DNA from: Planctomycetota bacterium
GTDB lineage: Bacteria > Planctomycetota > UBA8108 > SXIK01
Assembly (NCBI GenBank): GCA_965223265.1
Contig: OZ244999.1
Span: 5,760,001 to 5,824,000 of the forward strand
Length of the DNA: 64,000 nt
Direction of reading: 5' to 3'
This document shows positions 1-9,181 of the stretch, one piece after another; the first letter of the stretch is position 1, and each line of letters begins with the position of its first letter. Below the pieces are notes generated by a model, which saw only the letters and a list, made by a program, of their open reading frames with translations, was not told where the DNA came from and did not search any database. The translations under genes were made by a program, and so were the position numbers.

Positions 1-1022
1 CCCATGTGGAGAAACTTGGAGAGCGTCGTCGCCAAGTCGAACACCGGACCATGGACGTTATATTGATGGACATCGCTTGAGATCGTCCCCGGTGGGGTGC
101 CATCGCGCAGCGCCTTCTCGGCCACGTCGAACGAAAAACTACCCGCTCCGTGGCCGACGTCGAGGTGCACGCCGCGTTCGACACTCTGTCGCACCTCGCT
201 CAGCACCCGCCCGCGTGCATCAAGAATTCCCCCCTCACGTCCGTGGTAGCAATGCGTGACGATGTCGCCTTTGCGTAGCGGCGCGAGGATCTTTGCGAGC
301 GGAGAGTGGGTGTCGCCGATGTGGACCATGAGCGGCAGCTTCACGGCATCGGCAGCTTCCTTGGCGAGTCTCAGCGCCTCAAGATCGTGATTGGCAGCAA
401 TGTTCTTGGAGAGGCGAACCTTGATGCCGACGATAACGTCTCGATGCGCTTCGATCGTCCGCACTGCCAAACGCGGGTTAGCGAATCCGAGGTGTAGCAG
501 CTCCCCGAATGGGTTGTCACCAGAGAGTGTCGATTGGCCGACGACCGAGATATTGAGCAGTGCACGGACGCGCGTTTGCACGACGTCGATGACGTACTTT
601 CGAAACCCCGGAAACGTGTGAGCTCCAGAGGATCCGGCGTCAATGGCAGTCGTCACTCCTTTGGCGACGCAGTTTGGGTCGGCGGGAATCCCCAGCGGCG
701 CGACGCCGTCGTAGACGTGCGTGTGTGAATCGATCAGCCCGGGCGTCACGATTCTCCCTACCGCGTCGAGAACCCGGCGCGCGTCGGTAAGGGGAATCTC
801 TGCAGCGACGCGGACGATCTTGTGACCCGAGATGGCGATGTCGCGCTTGGCGGAGAGTTTCTGCACTGGATCGACAACATGGCCGCCTTTGACGACGAGG
901 TCATAGGTGGCGTCTGCGCGTCGCGGTGCGCCCAGGAGACTTTGCCATGGAGCCGATAGAGTGCAGGCAAGAGATCCGAGCACAGAGCGTACGACAAACT
1001 CGCGACGTGTAGAGCGGTGCAT
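1..1022 (-). CDS. Amidohydrolase/deacetylase family metallohydrolase (dihydroorotase-like), Tat-exported; C-terminus lies outside the window
   Basis: Not in the ORF track because it runs off the edge. Manual translation from ATG 1022 (RBS GAGGAGG): MHRSTRREFV (Tat), YDLVVKGGHVVDP, PGLIDSHTH (HxH metal motif), GIKVRL, LMVHIG, THCYHG, DVGHGAGSFSF, TISSDVH. Confidence 0.88.
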   Translation of the reverse strand, partial: MHRSTRREFVVRSVLGSLACTLSAPWQSLLGAPRRADATYDLVVKGGHVVDPVQKLSAKRDIAISGHKIVRVAAEIPLTDARRVLDAVGRIVTPGLIDSHTHVYDGVAPLGIPADPNCVAKGVTTAIDAGSSGAHTFPGFRKYVIDVVQTRVRALLNISVVGQSTLSGDNPFGELLHLGFANPRLAVRTIEAHRDVIVGIKVRLSKNIAANHDLEALRLAKEAADAVKLPLMVHIGDTHSPLAKILAPLRKGDIVTHCYHGREGGILDARGRVLSEVRQSVERGVHLDVGHGAGSFSFDVAEKALRDGTPPGTISSDVHQYNVHGPVFDLATTLSKFLHM

Positions 1023-1188
1023 CCATCCTCCTCGACGAGAGCTACTCCCGTCAGTTGTTCTGATTGTCCTGCGCGTGCGTGCAGCGTATCATCGTCGCGC
1101 TGCACGGCTTGCCAGCAGCTGGCACCCAACGCTAACCAATGTCGCGGTACGTTTCCACTGACTCAAACGCGTCACACGACGAGCGTCT

Positions 1189-2610
1189 ATGTCCTGGCCT
1201 GAGTGCGCAATCCCCATCGGTATCTCCTTCGCGCTGTTCTCCTCGCCTGACGTTGCCGCGAGTGACCGCGCTCATACCCGCACGTCAAGCACAACCGCCG
1301 TGGCGCCGGGCAATTGGCCTCAATGGCGCGGCGCCAGCGGCACGGGCGTAGCTGGAGACCACGCCGACCCACCCATCCATTGGAGCGAAGAGAAGAACAT
1401 TCGCTGGCGCGTCGGCCTTCCCGGTAGCGGTCATTCGACGCCGATCGTCTGGGGTGACCGCGTCTTTGTGACGACTGCGATGCCAACGGAGAAGCTCCCT
1501 CGGCCGATTCCGGACACGGCTCCAGGCGGACACGACAACCGCGCGATCACCCACAAGGAACGCTTCTCGGTCCTGGCGCTTGACCGACGCGACGGGACGC
1601 TTTTGTGGCAGAAGGTGGTCCACGAGGAGGTGCCGCACGAAGGTGGACACTACACTGGGACGTTTGCGTCGGCATCTCCGGCAACCGACGGCGAGTTGGT
1701 CTTCGCGTTCTTCGGGTCACGCGGACTCTACGCCGTTGACAAGCGCGGCGAGCTTGAGTGGCAAGTGGACCTCGGCGACATGGTGACGCTCCACGGCCAT
1801 GGCGAAGGTAGTTCCCCCGTGCTGCACGCAGACACTCTCGTCGTCAATTGGGATCACGAAGAGGAGTCGTTCGTGGTCGCCTTCGACAAACGCACGGGGG
1901 AGGAGCGTTGGAAAGTCCAGCGTGACGAAGTCACGTCGTGGGCAAGCCCCATCGTCGTCGAGCACGACGGCAAACCTCAGGTCATCATCAGCGGCACCCA
2001 GCGCGTGCGCGGATACGACCTGGGCAGCGGCGCAATCCTTTGGGAGTGCGGCGGCCTGTCGCACAACGTCGTCGCCTCGCCAGTTGCCGCCGACGGCATG
2101 GTGTTCGTCGGTAGCAGCTACGAAAAGCGCGCGCTCTTCGCCATCCGTCTCGACGGCTCACGAGGAGACATCACCGGAACGGATCGGATCGCCTGGAGTC
2201 GGACGCATCGAACTCCGTATGTTCCGTCTCCTCTCCTCTACCGCGGCTCTCTCTACTTTTTGCGCCACTACCAAGGAATCCTCTCTCGCGTCGAAGCCGC
2301 CACTGGCAAGGAGACCCAAGGCCCGTACCGCCTCTTCGGCATGCGCGACATCTATGCATCGCCCGTTGCCGCGGCGGGCCGCATCTACGTGACAGATCGC
2401 AACGGCACGACGGTTGTCCTGCGCCATGAGGACCCAAGCGAGACGCTGGCGATCAACCGACTCGACGACAGCTTCAGCGCCTCAGCAGCCATCGCCGACC
2501 AAGAGATCTTTCTGCGCGGCGAGAGGAGCCTCTACTGCATCGCACGCGATCGAGATGGCACTGACATCAAGAGCGATGAAACGCGTGTGAAGCCTCCGCA
2601 GAAAAGGTGA
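1189..2610 (+). CDS. PQQ-binding-like (BamB-like) beta-propeller repeat protein, planctomycete type
   Basis: NWPQWRGASGTG, GHSTPIVWGDRVFVT, ASASPATDGELVFAFFGS, SWASPI, YVPSPL, YASPVAA, ASAAI repeated blades. Confidence 0.88.
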   Translation: MSWPECAIPIGISFALFSSPDVAASDRAHTRTSSTTAVAPGNWPQWRGASGTGVAGDHADPPIHWSEEKNIRWRVGLPGSGHSTPIVWGDRVFVTTAMPTEKLPRPIPDTAPGGHDNRAITHKERFSVLALDRRDGTLLWQKVVHEEVPHEGGHYTGTFASASPATDGELVFAFFGSRGLYAVDKRGELEWQVDLGDMVTLHGHGEGSSPVLHADTLVVNWDHEEESFVVAFDKRTGEERWKVQRDEVTSWASPIVVEHDGKPQVIISGTQRVRGYDLGSGAILWECGGLSHNVVASPVAADGMVFVGSSYEKRALFAIRLDGSRGDITGTDRIAWSRTHRTPYVPSPLLYRGSLYFLRHYQGILSRVEAATGKETQGPYRLFGMRDIYASPVAAAGRIYVTDRNGTTVVLRHEDPSETLAINRLDDSFSASAAIADQEIFLRGERSLYCIARDRDGTDIKSDETRVKPPQKR

Positions 2611-2724
2611 ATCAAAAGCCCGCCGCATCCGGACGGCGGTACGTCACCACGAACGCCGACGGACGGTGATCCGTGCCGCAGATTCAGAGGTAGAGGCAGA
2701 GGCGGACACAGAGGCAGAGACAGA

Positions 2725-2930
2725 CCCTACAACTGCATAAATCTCTCTCCGGAAGGGCTCAGAAGCCCTTGTTCTACGGCTCGATCGGCGGCCCTGGGGC
2801 GTCGCGGCAGACTTCACGTTTGGTGAGGTTTCCCGGAGTGCCTGCTCTACCGCGCACCCACACACCCACACTCTCTCACGCCTCCCACTCGCTCACGGTC
2901 TTGAAGTGTTTCTCTTTTGCAACGTTGGGG
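2725..2930. mobile_element. MITE family A, copy 1 (206 bp)
   Basis: Near-identical inverted copy at 19849-20080. Imperfect terminal inverted repeats CCCTACAACTGCATAA / CCCCAACGTTGCAAAA (rc). Direct repeat ACAGA on both sides (2720-2724, 2931-2935). No transposase. Confidence 0.8.
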
Positions 2931-2980
2931 ACAGAGACAGCATCAGAAGCAGATACGGATCCAGAGACCGAGACGAGCCG

Positions 2981-3030
2981 CCCACGCCCACGCACACGCC
3001 CACGCACACGCCCACGCACACCCACGCACG
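2981..3030. repeat. Short CA-rich tandem repeat, unit about CACGCCCACGCA
   Basis: cccacgcccacgcacacgcccacgcacacgcccacgcacacccacgcacg read directly. Confidence 0.75.
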
Positions 3031-3307
3031 AACCCAGACGCCCCCCACCGATTCGAACACTGCAGCCGACACCACCATAGACGCGTCTGGAGATCGTGAG
3101 CCCACCCCGGCCCATTCGTCGCCAGATGTCCGCGCCGGTCAACGCTTGTTTTTGGGAACCGCTCGCCCTCCGGCGACCCGAAAACTTCAGGAGTGAACCG
3201 CCGCGCCCGAAACACCCGGATGTGGTGTTCTAGGATTCGCTTCGTTATCGACGCATTCGTGACCACAGCGTCTGAAGACGAAGCCCCAGGAAAAAACCGA
3301 GCGTACC

Positions 3308-6300
3308 ATGTCCGTCGAGAAGTTGATCCGCGCGATTGAAAGTCGAAACACCGTCTCAGCTCTTGAACTCGTCCGCAGCGGAGTCGATGTCAATACTCGC
3401 TACGGGTTCATGGAGACGCCACCGATCGTGCTCGCTGCGCAGTTTGGCATCGCGCCTCTCGTCGACGCGCTGATTCAAGCTGGGGCCGATCCAAACCTCG
3501 CAGACTGTGGACGCAACACCGCACTGATGGAAGCCGTTCGCAGTGGCAGCGAGAGTATCGTTGACCTCTTGTTGAAGGCCGGCGTCAAGATCGACCGTGC
3601 GGACGACCTACGGATGACGGCGCTCCACTGGGCCGTTCACGGCCGCAGTGACGAGAAGGCAGGCAAAGATGGCGAAGCTGAGGTCGTCGTCGCGGAACGA
3701 CTCCTCTCGGCGGGCGCCAACGCCAACGCGCGAGACAGCGACGGCTACACACCTCTGATGACGGCAGCGCGCTGCGGCGCCGCACGCTTCCTGACGCCTT
3801 TGCTGCGCAACGGCGCGGATCCGAAGATCCGCAACCGAGACGGAGAAGACGCCGAGTCCATCGCAGCGCTGCGCGGCGCTCTTCACATCGTGGAGCGTCT
3901 CGCTGCCGAGTCGAGTGGAGATGACGACGCCCCAGATGCGGCGCTGATCCACGCCCTGAAGTCTGGTGACGAGGAGCGTGCGGCAGAATTGCTCGAGTCC
4001 GGTGTCGATGCCAACTCACGCGATCCGCAGACAGACTGGCCGGCGATCTACTGGGCCGCGCTACTCGGCCGCAGTGAGGTCGCCAAGAAGCTGCTCGCAA
4101 GCGGCGCGAATCCTGACAGCGGCGTGGAATCCGACACGCCGCTGTGCGCAGCTACACGACAAGGGCACGTCGAAACAGCTCGATCACTGATCGACTCCGG
4201 TGCTCGTGTCGAACCAGAGAAAGCAGCCGCGACCAGCGCGCTTTTTCTCGCAGCTTCGCGCGGTGAGACGCGCTTGATCTCGGCGCTGCTCGATGCTGGT
4301 GCAGCCGTCGATCGCGTCGACAAGGACGCTGAGCGAACGCCGCTCCTAGAGGCTGCCGGCGAAGGGCATGAGGAAGCAGTGCGCGTACTGCTAGCGGCCG
4401 GCGCTGATCCGAATGTGCGCCGCGGAGCCGTCGTTGAGCTTGTCGCTGCTGCCAACCACACGGCGCCGATGCGACTCTGTTTGAGTGCTGGCATCGACCT
4501 CGAGCGGGCGTCACGCACGCACGTCAAGGCGGCCGTCTTTCACGCCGCGTATCACGGCAACGGTGAAATCCTTCGCCTCCTGCTGGGCGCCGGCGCTGAT
4601 CCGGACGTGCGCAACGAGTACAAGGAGACGCCGCTGATCGTCGCTGCCGAGAAGGGACACCTGGATGCGGTCTCCGCTTTGATTTCTGGCGAAGCCAACG
4701 TCGAGAGAAAATGTGACGGCTACACGGCGCTCCACTGCGCCGTTCGCGGCGGCCATGTGGACGTTGTCGACGCTCTCCTCAGCGCGTCGGCAACGCTCTC
4801 GACGCGTGACCCCCTCCTGGCCGCGATCGTCTCCCGGGACGAAGACGCTGCCTGCGCCCGCATCGAAGACGGTGCAAAGCTCGACATCGAAGAGAAAGCG
4901 ACCGGGTGGACTCCCCTTCGACTAGCGATCCTTATGGGCCTCGACTCCGTCGTCGAGGCGCTACTCGGCGCGGGCGTCGAAGTGGCGCCGGGTGGCGAAG
5001 TAAAACACTCTCCGCTGGTGGAAGCCGCGCGGCTTGGTAGAGCGAACGCCGTCCAGCGCCTTCTCGACGGCGGCGCGATCACGGCAGGCGACGCGCCTGC
5101 AGCCTCCGATGCCCTCGTCACCGCCGCTAGAGAGGGGCACGCGGACGTCGTGCGCGCCTTACTCGCAACCGGCATCGACGTCGCAGGACGCGACTCAAAC
5201 GACAAGACGGCACTTGTCGCGGCATCGTCTCAAGGTCACCTCGAAGTCGTCAAATGCCTTGTCGACGCCGGCGCGGACATTTTGGAAACCGATCGCTTCG
5301 GCCCAGCAGTGCTCCTCGCCGCCGCACGCCACGACGACGTATCGCAGTACCTCTCGGAGCTCCTACGCGAGCACGACGCTCGTGCCGCCGACGCGGCGAC
5401 GTCGCAGATTCATCTCACCAAGGACACAGACGAGATCAGTACCGCAGGAGACGACGAAGAGGAGGGTGGCGTCGAGTCGTCGGTTCTCTCTGGCCTGGGA
5501 CGAATCGACGAACTCATCGAGGCTATCCTCGACGAAGACAGTGAACGCGTCGCAGCGCTGATCGACGCGGGTGCCGACGTCAACGGTCGCACCGATGAGG
5601 ACCACACACCTCTCCTCGTTGCCACGCTTGCGAATCTCGCGCCGTTCGTCGAACGCCTGCTCGCCGCGGGAGCCGATCCCAATCTCGAGACGCAACATCA
5701 GCCGGTTTTGTACACAGCTGCGTTCGCCGGCCACGAGAACATCGTCAAGCTGCTCATCGAGGCCGGCGCTGACCTCAACGCCGACGGCTACTACGGCACG
5801 GCGATCGCGGCCGCCTGCTACAAACGAGACGTTCCGGTTGCACAGAAACTCATCGACGCCGGCTGCGACGTCAACGTCGCCAATGAGCATCAAATAACGC
5901 CGCTCATGTACGCTGTGCGCGACATTGATCTGACCCAGCGAATGATCGCGGCTGGCGCCGACGTGAACGCGCGCGACGACCGCGGCACCCCCGCCATCGG
6001 CTGGGCGGCGAGTTCGTGCAGCATCGACGCCCAACGTGCCCTCTGGGCAGCCGCGCCTTTAGCGGCTGACGAGCGCTCTCTGGTCGACGCCATCATTGCC
6101 GGCGAAGCGGCGCGCGTCGAAGACTTCCTGCGCGGAGGTGAATCGCCGCGACAGAAGGACCCTCTCCTCGGGTGGCCACTGGTCCTGTGGGCGGCGCTCG
6201 CAGGTCACGGCGAAATGATCGAAGCGTTGGTTGAGGCCGGGGCCAAAGTGGACGCACGCGTGAGCACTGCCAACGCCATGGCTCTCGCCATCGCGGCGGG

Positions 6301-8086
6301 TCGCTTCGATCTCGCAGCGCAGCTCGTACGGCTGGGATTCAAGCCCGACTGCCGCATCCAAGATGTGCCACTGCTGGCACACGCGGCCCGGGCCGGCTCG
6401 GAAGAGCTCGTCGCCGCACTGCTCGAGCGCGGTGCGAAAGTCACCGGCGAAACCGTCATCGCGGCTGTGCGACAGGGCCATCAGAACATCGTCCGCCTTC
6501 TCTCACAACACGGAGCATCGCTCGACCTCAAAGGCGCTCTCGGCGAGGCCCCCCTCGCAGCTGCGATTCTCGCCAACCAAGGAGAGACATTCGACGCTCT
6601 CCTGAAACTCGGTGCCGATCCGAACAAGAAGTGTGACCGCGAAACACCACTCCACGTCAGCGTCAACGCTGGTCGCATCGGTTTCGTTCGCTCGCTCATC
6701 GAAGCGGGAGCGGACGTCTCGGTCAAAAACGGCGACGGTGACACGCCTCTTCATTTGGCGATCCGTGGTGGCGACGCCGCTTTGATCGGCGCTCTCACCG
6801 AGGTCGACTCGAACGTCGCGATCAAGAACTCACGCGGCCAAACGCCGCTTCACGAGGCCGCGCGTAGTGCCGACCGCGAGACGTTCTCGCTCCTGCTGCA
6901 GAGGGGCGCCGATCTTAAGGCCAAGGACAAGGAGAAACTAGGTGCACTGCGACTCGCAGCCGAAGAGCGTGAACCCGAGCTCGTCCGAGTTGCGGGCGAA
7001 TTCATCTGCACGCACGCTGAACGCTCTCCCGCGTGGCTGCGGGCAATCCTGGCCGACGACAAGGAGGCGCTCGCCGCTGAGCTTGAGCGCGGCGAGATCC
7101 GTACCCGACGCGACCCGGGGTCAAGTTGGACGCCGTTCGAGTGGGTAGCCGCCCTGGGCTCAGAGGAGCTCTTGGACCTCCTTCTTAGGCGATCCGCTCC
7201 CACGGCTCTGGCTCAGGCGAAAGCGCTACGGACGAGCTCGAGCAACGCACTCGTTCTCGCAGTCCACGGTGGACACTTGGGCTGCGCGCAGCGCCTTCTC
7301 AGTCTCACTTCGGACAGCGACGACGATGCCCCGTTCGCCGTGGCGCGCGAGGCAGCAGAAACGAACGGCTTCTTAACGCTCCGCCGCCTGATCGACGAAG
7401 CGACCGGCCACACTGCAGCAGAGGAGGGCGGCGCCGAGTCGAGAAAGGAGGAATCCGAAGAAGACGCCATGGTCGAACAGTGGATGCTCGACTTCGGCGC
7501 TTCGATCGATGTCGGCATCCAGATGCGGATCGAGCGCGTCAGACAGCTGCGACGACTCGGCACGCCACGCACACTCGTGCTCGATGGTCGATTCTCCCGC
7601 TTTTGGAAGGTGCCAAGCAAGCACCTCGACACCGACACAAAAAGGGCGCGACACCTTCAACCTTTCTTGTGGCGTCTCGACGTCGTTACGACGGCCCTGA
7701 CCGACCTCGGGTACTCTTCCATCGGCGACATTGTGAGCGAGCGCACGCTCGACGTCGTCACACGACTCTACGCCCACCCCAGCGCCACGGCGTACGCAGC
7801 GTTCAACGTTGGGGCTGTGGGACGCACAGTCGATTTCGTGACGCGATTCGAAGACGGGGCATTCTACACGACGACCTCACTAGACCAGTTCAACGCCGAT
7901 CCAGTGCAGCACCTCTACGGCAAGCCCTACCCTGGCGTTTCGATCGGGACGCTGCATGGCAAGCACGCGGCATGGGTGGGCGCCCGAGTTCGCCAGGGGT
8001 CGACCCCAATCCCAGCTCTCGGGGAGCTCGGCGCCGCCGCTGGCTGGATTGACGAGTTCCTGGCGCGGCAGCACGGAACGTTCTAA
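3308..8086 (+). CDS. Giant ankyrin-repeat protein (1592 aa) with a non-repeat C-terminal domain
   Basis: Dozens of TPL/TAL-xxAAxxG-xxxxVxxLLxxGAD-xN units (GYTPLMTAARCG, GDTPLHLAIRGG, GQTPLHEAARSA); no signal peptide. Confidence 0.95.
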   Translation: MSVEKLIRAIESRNTVSALELVRSGVDVNTRYGFMETPPIVLAAQFGIAPLVDALIQAGADPNLADCGRNTALMEAVRSGSESIVDLLLKAGVKIDRADDLRMTALHWAVHGRSDEKAGKDGEAEVVVAERLLSAGANANARDSDGYTPLMTAARCGAARFLTPLLRNGADPKIRNRDGEDAESIAALRGALHIVERLAAESSGDDDAPDAALIHALKSGDEERAAELLESGVDANSRDPQTDWPAIYWAALLGRSEVAKKLLASGANPDSGVESDTPLCAATRQGHVETARSLIDSGARVEPEKAAATSALFLAASRGETRLISALLDAGAAVDRVDKDAERTPLLEAAGEGHEEAVRVLLAAGADPNVRRGAVVELVAAANHTAPMRLCLSAGIDLERASRTHVKAAVFHAAYHGNGEILRLLLGAGADPDVRNEYKETPLIVAAEKGHLDAVSALISGEANVERKCDGYTALHCAVRGGHVDVVDALLSASATLSTRDPLLAAIVSRDEDAACARIEDGAKLDIEEKATGWTPLRLAILMGLDSVVEALLGAGVEVAPGGEVKHSPLVEAARLGRANAVQRLLDGGAITAGDAPAASDALVTAAREGHADVVRALLATGIDVAGRDSNDKTALVAASSQGHLEVVKCLVDAGADILETDRFGPAVLLAAARHDDVSQYLSELLREHDARAADAATSQIHLTKDTDEISTAGDDEEEGGVESSVLSGLGRIDELIEAILDEDSERVAALIDAGADVNGRTDEDHTPLLVATLANLAPFVERLLAAGADPNLETQHQPVLYTAAFAGHENIVKLLIEAGADLNADGYYGTAIAAACYKRDVPVAQKLIDAGCDVNVANEHQITPLMYAVRDIDLTQRMIAAGADVNARDDRGTPAIGWAASSCSIDAQRALWAAAPLAADERSLVDAIIAGEAARVEDFLRGGESPRQKDPLLGWPLVLWAALAGHGEMIEALVEAGAKVDARVSTANAMALAIAAGRFDLAAQLVRLGFKPDCRIQDVPLLAHAARAGSEELVAALLERGAKVTGETVIAAVRQGHQNIVRLLSQHGASLDLKGALGEAPLAAAILANQGETFDALLKLGADPNKKCDRETPLHVSVNAGRIGFVRSLIEAGADVSVKNGDGDTPLHLAIRGGDAALIGALTEVDSNVAIKNSRGQTPLHEAARSADRETFSLLLQRGADLKAKDKEKLGALRLAAEEREPELVRVAGEFICTHAERSPAWLRAILADDKEALAAELERGEIRTRRDPGSSWTPFEWVAALGSEELLDLLLRRSAPTALAQAKALRTSSSNALVLAVHGGHLGCAQRLLSLTSDSDDDAPFAVAREAAETNGFLTLRRLIDEATGHTAAEEGGAESRKEESEEDAMVEQWMLDFGASIDVGIQMRIERVRQLRRLGTPRTLVLDGRFSRFWKVPSKHLDTDTKRARHLQPFLWRLDVVTTALTDLGYSSIGDIVSERTLDVVTRLYAHPSATAYAAFNVGAVGRTVDFVTRFEDGAFYTTTSLDQFNADPVQHLYGKPYPGVSIGTLHGKHAAWVGARVRQGSTPIPALGELGAAAGWIDEFLARQHGTF

Positions 8087-8284
8087 GGCAGCGTCGGCGC
8101 TTCGAACCACCCTTGAGATCACGCTGGGCCACCCACATCGCCGGGCCCGCTGTGAACGTCTCCGCGGCGAACCAGGTGAGATCGGCAGCCGGGCCATCTC
8201 GGAGTATCCTACAACTCGGCCGACCCGATGTAGCGCAACCGGGGTTGCATCGAGCATACTCGCGTCAGTTCTCAACGTGAGGCC

Positions 8285-9079
8285 ATGAGCGTCGCAACCA
8301 AATCCGAGCCCACCGGCATCGAACCGATCATTCGGACTGTCGATCTCCAGAAAGAGTACTTTCTGGAAGCGGGAGCGGTTCCGGCGCTCCGTGGCCTCGA
8401 TCTAGCCATCGAGGCGGGCGAGTTCGTCGCCATCATGGGCCCTTCGGGCTCCGGCAAGTCCACACTGCTGAATATCTTGGGCTGCCTTGATCGGCCCACC
8501 AGCGGCGCCTACTGGCTCGGCGGTGAGGATGTTTCGCGACTCAGCGACGACGCGCTCTCCGAGATCCGAAGCCGCAGACTCGGCTTCGTGTTTCAATCTT
8601 ACAACCTCATCGCGCAGCTTAATGTCCTCGAAAACATCGAGATACCACTCTTCTATCAGGGCTTCCCAGCGCAAGAGAGTCGTGAGCGTGCCTTGGAACT
8701 AGCGGCGCTGGTCGGCCTTGATGATCGATGTCTGCACCGCCCCAGCCAACTTTCCGGTGGACAGCAGCAGCGTGTTGCGATCGCCCGCTCGCTGGCCAAT
8801 GATCCGTTGGTGATTCTTGCGGATGAACCCACCGGCAACCTCGATTCGGCAACGGAAGAAGAGATCTTGGACATCCTCGTTGACCTCCACCGGCAGAACA
8901 AAACCATCGTGATGGTCACACACGAAGACCGGATCGCGTCCATCACACAGCGCGTGATCCGTTTGCGCGACGGTCGAGTCGTCTCCGACCGATCGGAGCG
9001 CCCGGAAACGCCGCTCGATCGTGCGGGCTTCTCGGCTTCCGACACCTCGGACTCTAACCCGAACGTTCGAAGAGAATGA
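8285..9079 (+). CDS. ABC transporter ATP-binding protein (MacB/LolD type)
   Basis: Walker [19 protein letters not shown], signature [13 protein letters not shown], Walker [17 protein letters not shown]. Confidence 0.96.
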   Translation: MSVATKSEPTGIEPIIRTVDLQKEYFLEAGAVPALRGLDLAIEAGEFVAIMGPSGSGKSTLLNILGCLDRPTSGAYWLGGEDVSRLSDDALSEIRSRRLGFVFQSYNLIAQLNVLENIEIPLFYQGFPAQESRERALELAALVGLDDRCLHRPSQLSGGQQQRVAIARSLANDPLVILADEPTGNLDSATEEEILDILVDLHRQNKTIVMVTHEDRIASITQRVIRLRDGRVVSDRSERPETPLDRAGFSASDTSDSNPNVRRE

Positions 9080-9181
9080 CGGCGAAAACTCAACCGACAC
9101 ACTCTGAGCGGTCGTTCTGGAGATTCCGGCAGCACGCGATGACGTCGTTCGAATGATCTACAACTTCTCGACCGGAGGACC

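Noticed and set aside
2769-3080. Apparently conserved small ORF MFYGSI...LKCFSFATLG, also at 19774-20037 on the minus strand
   Set aside because: The similarity comes from the MITE-A DNA. The homologous internal segment is read in different frames in the two copies, which argues against coding constraint.
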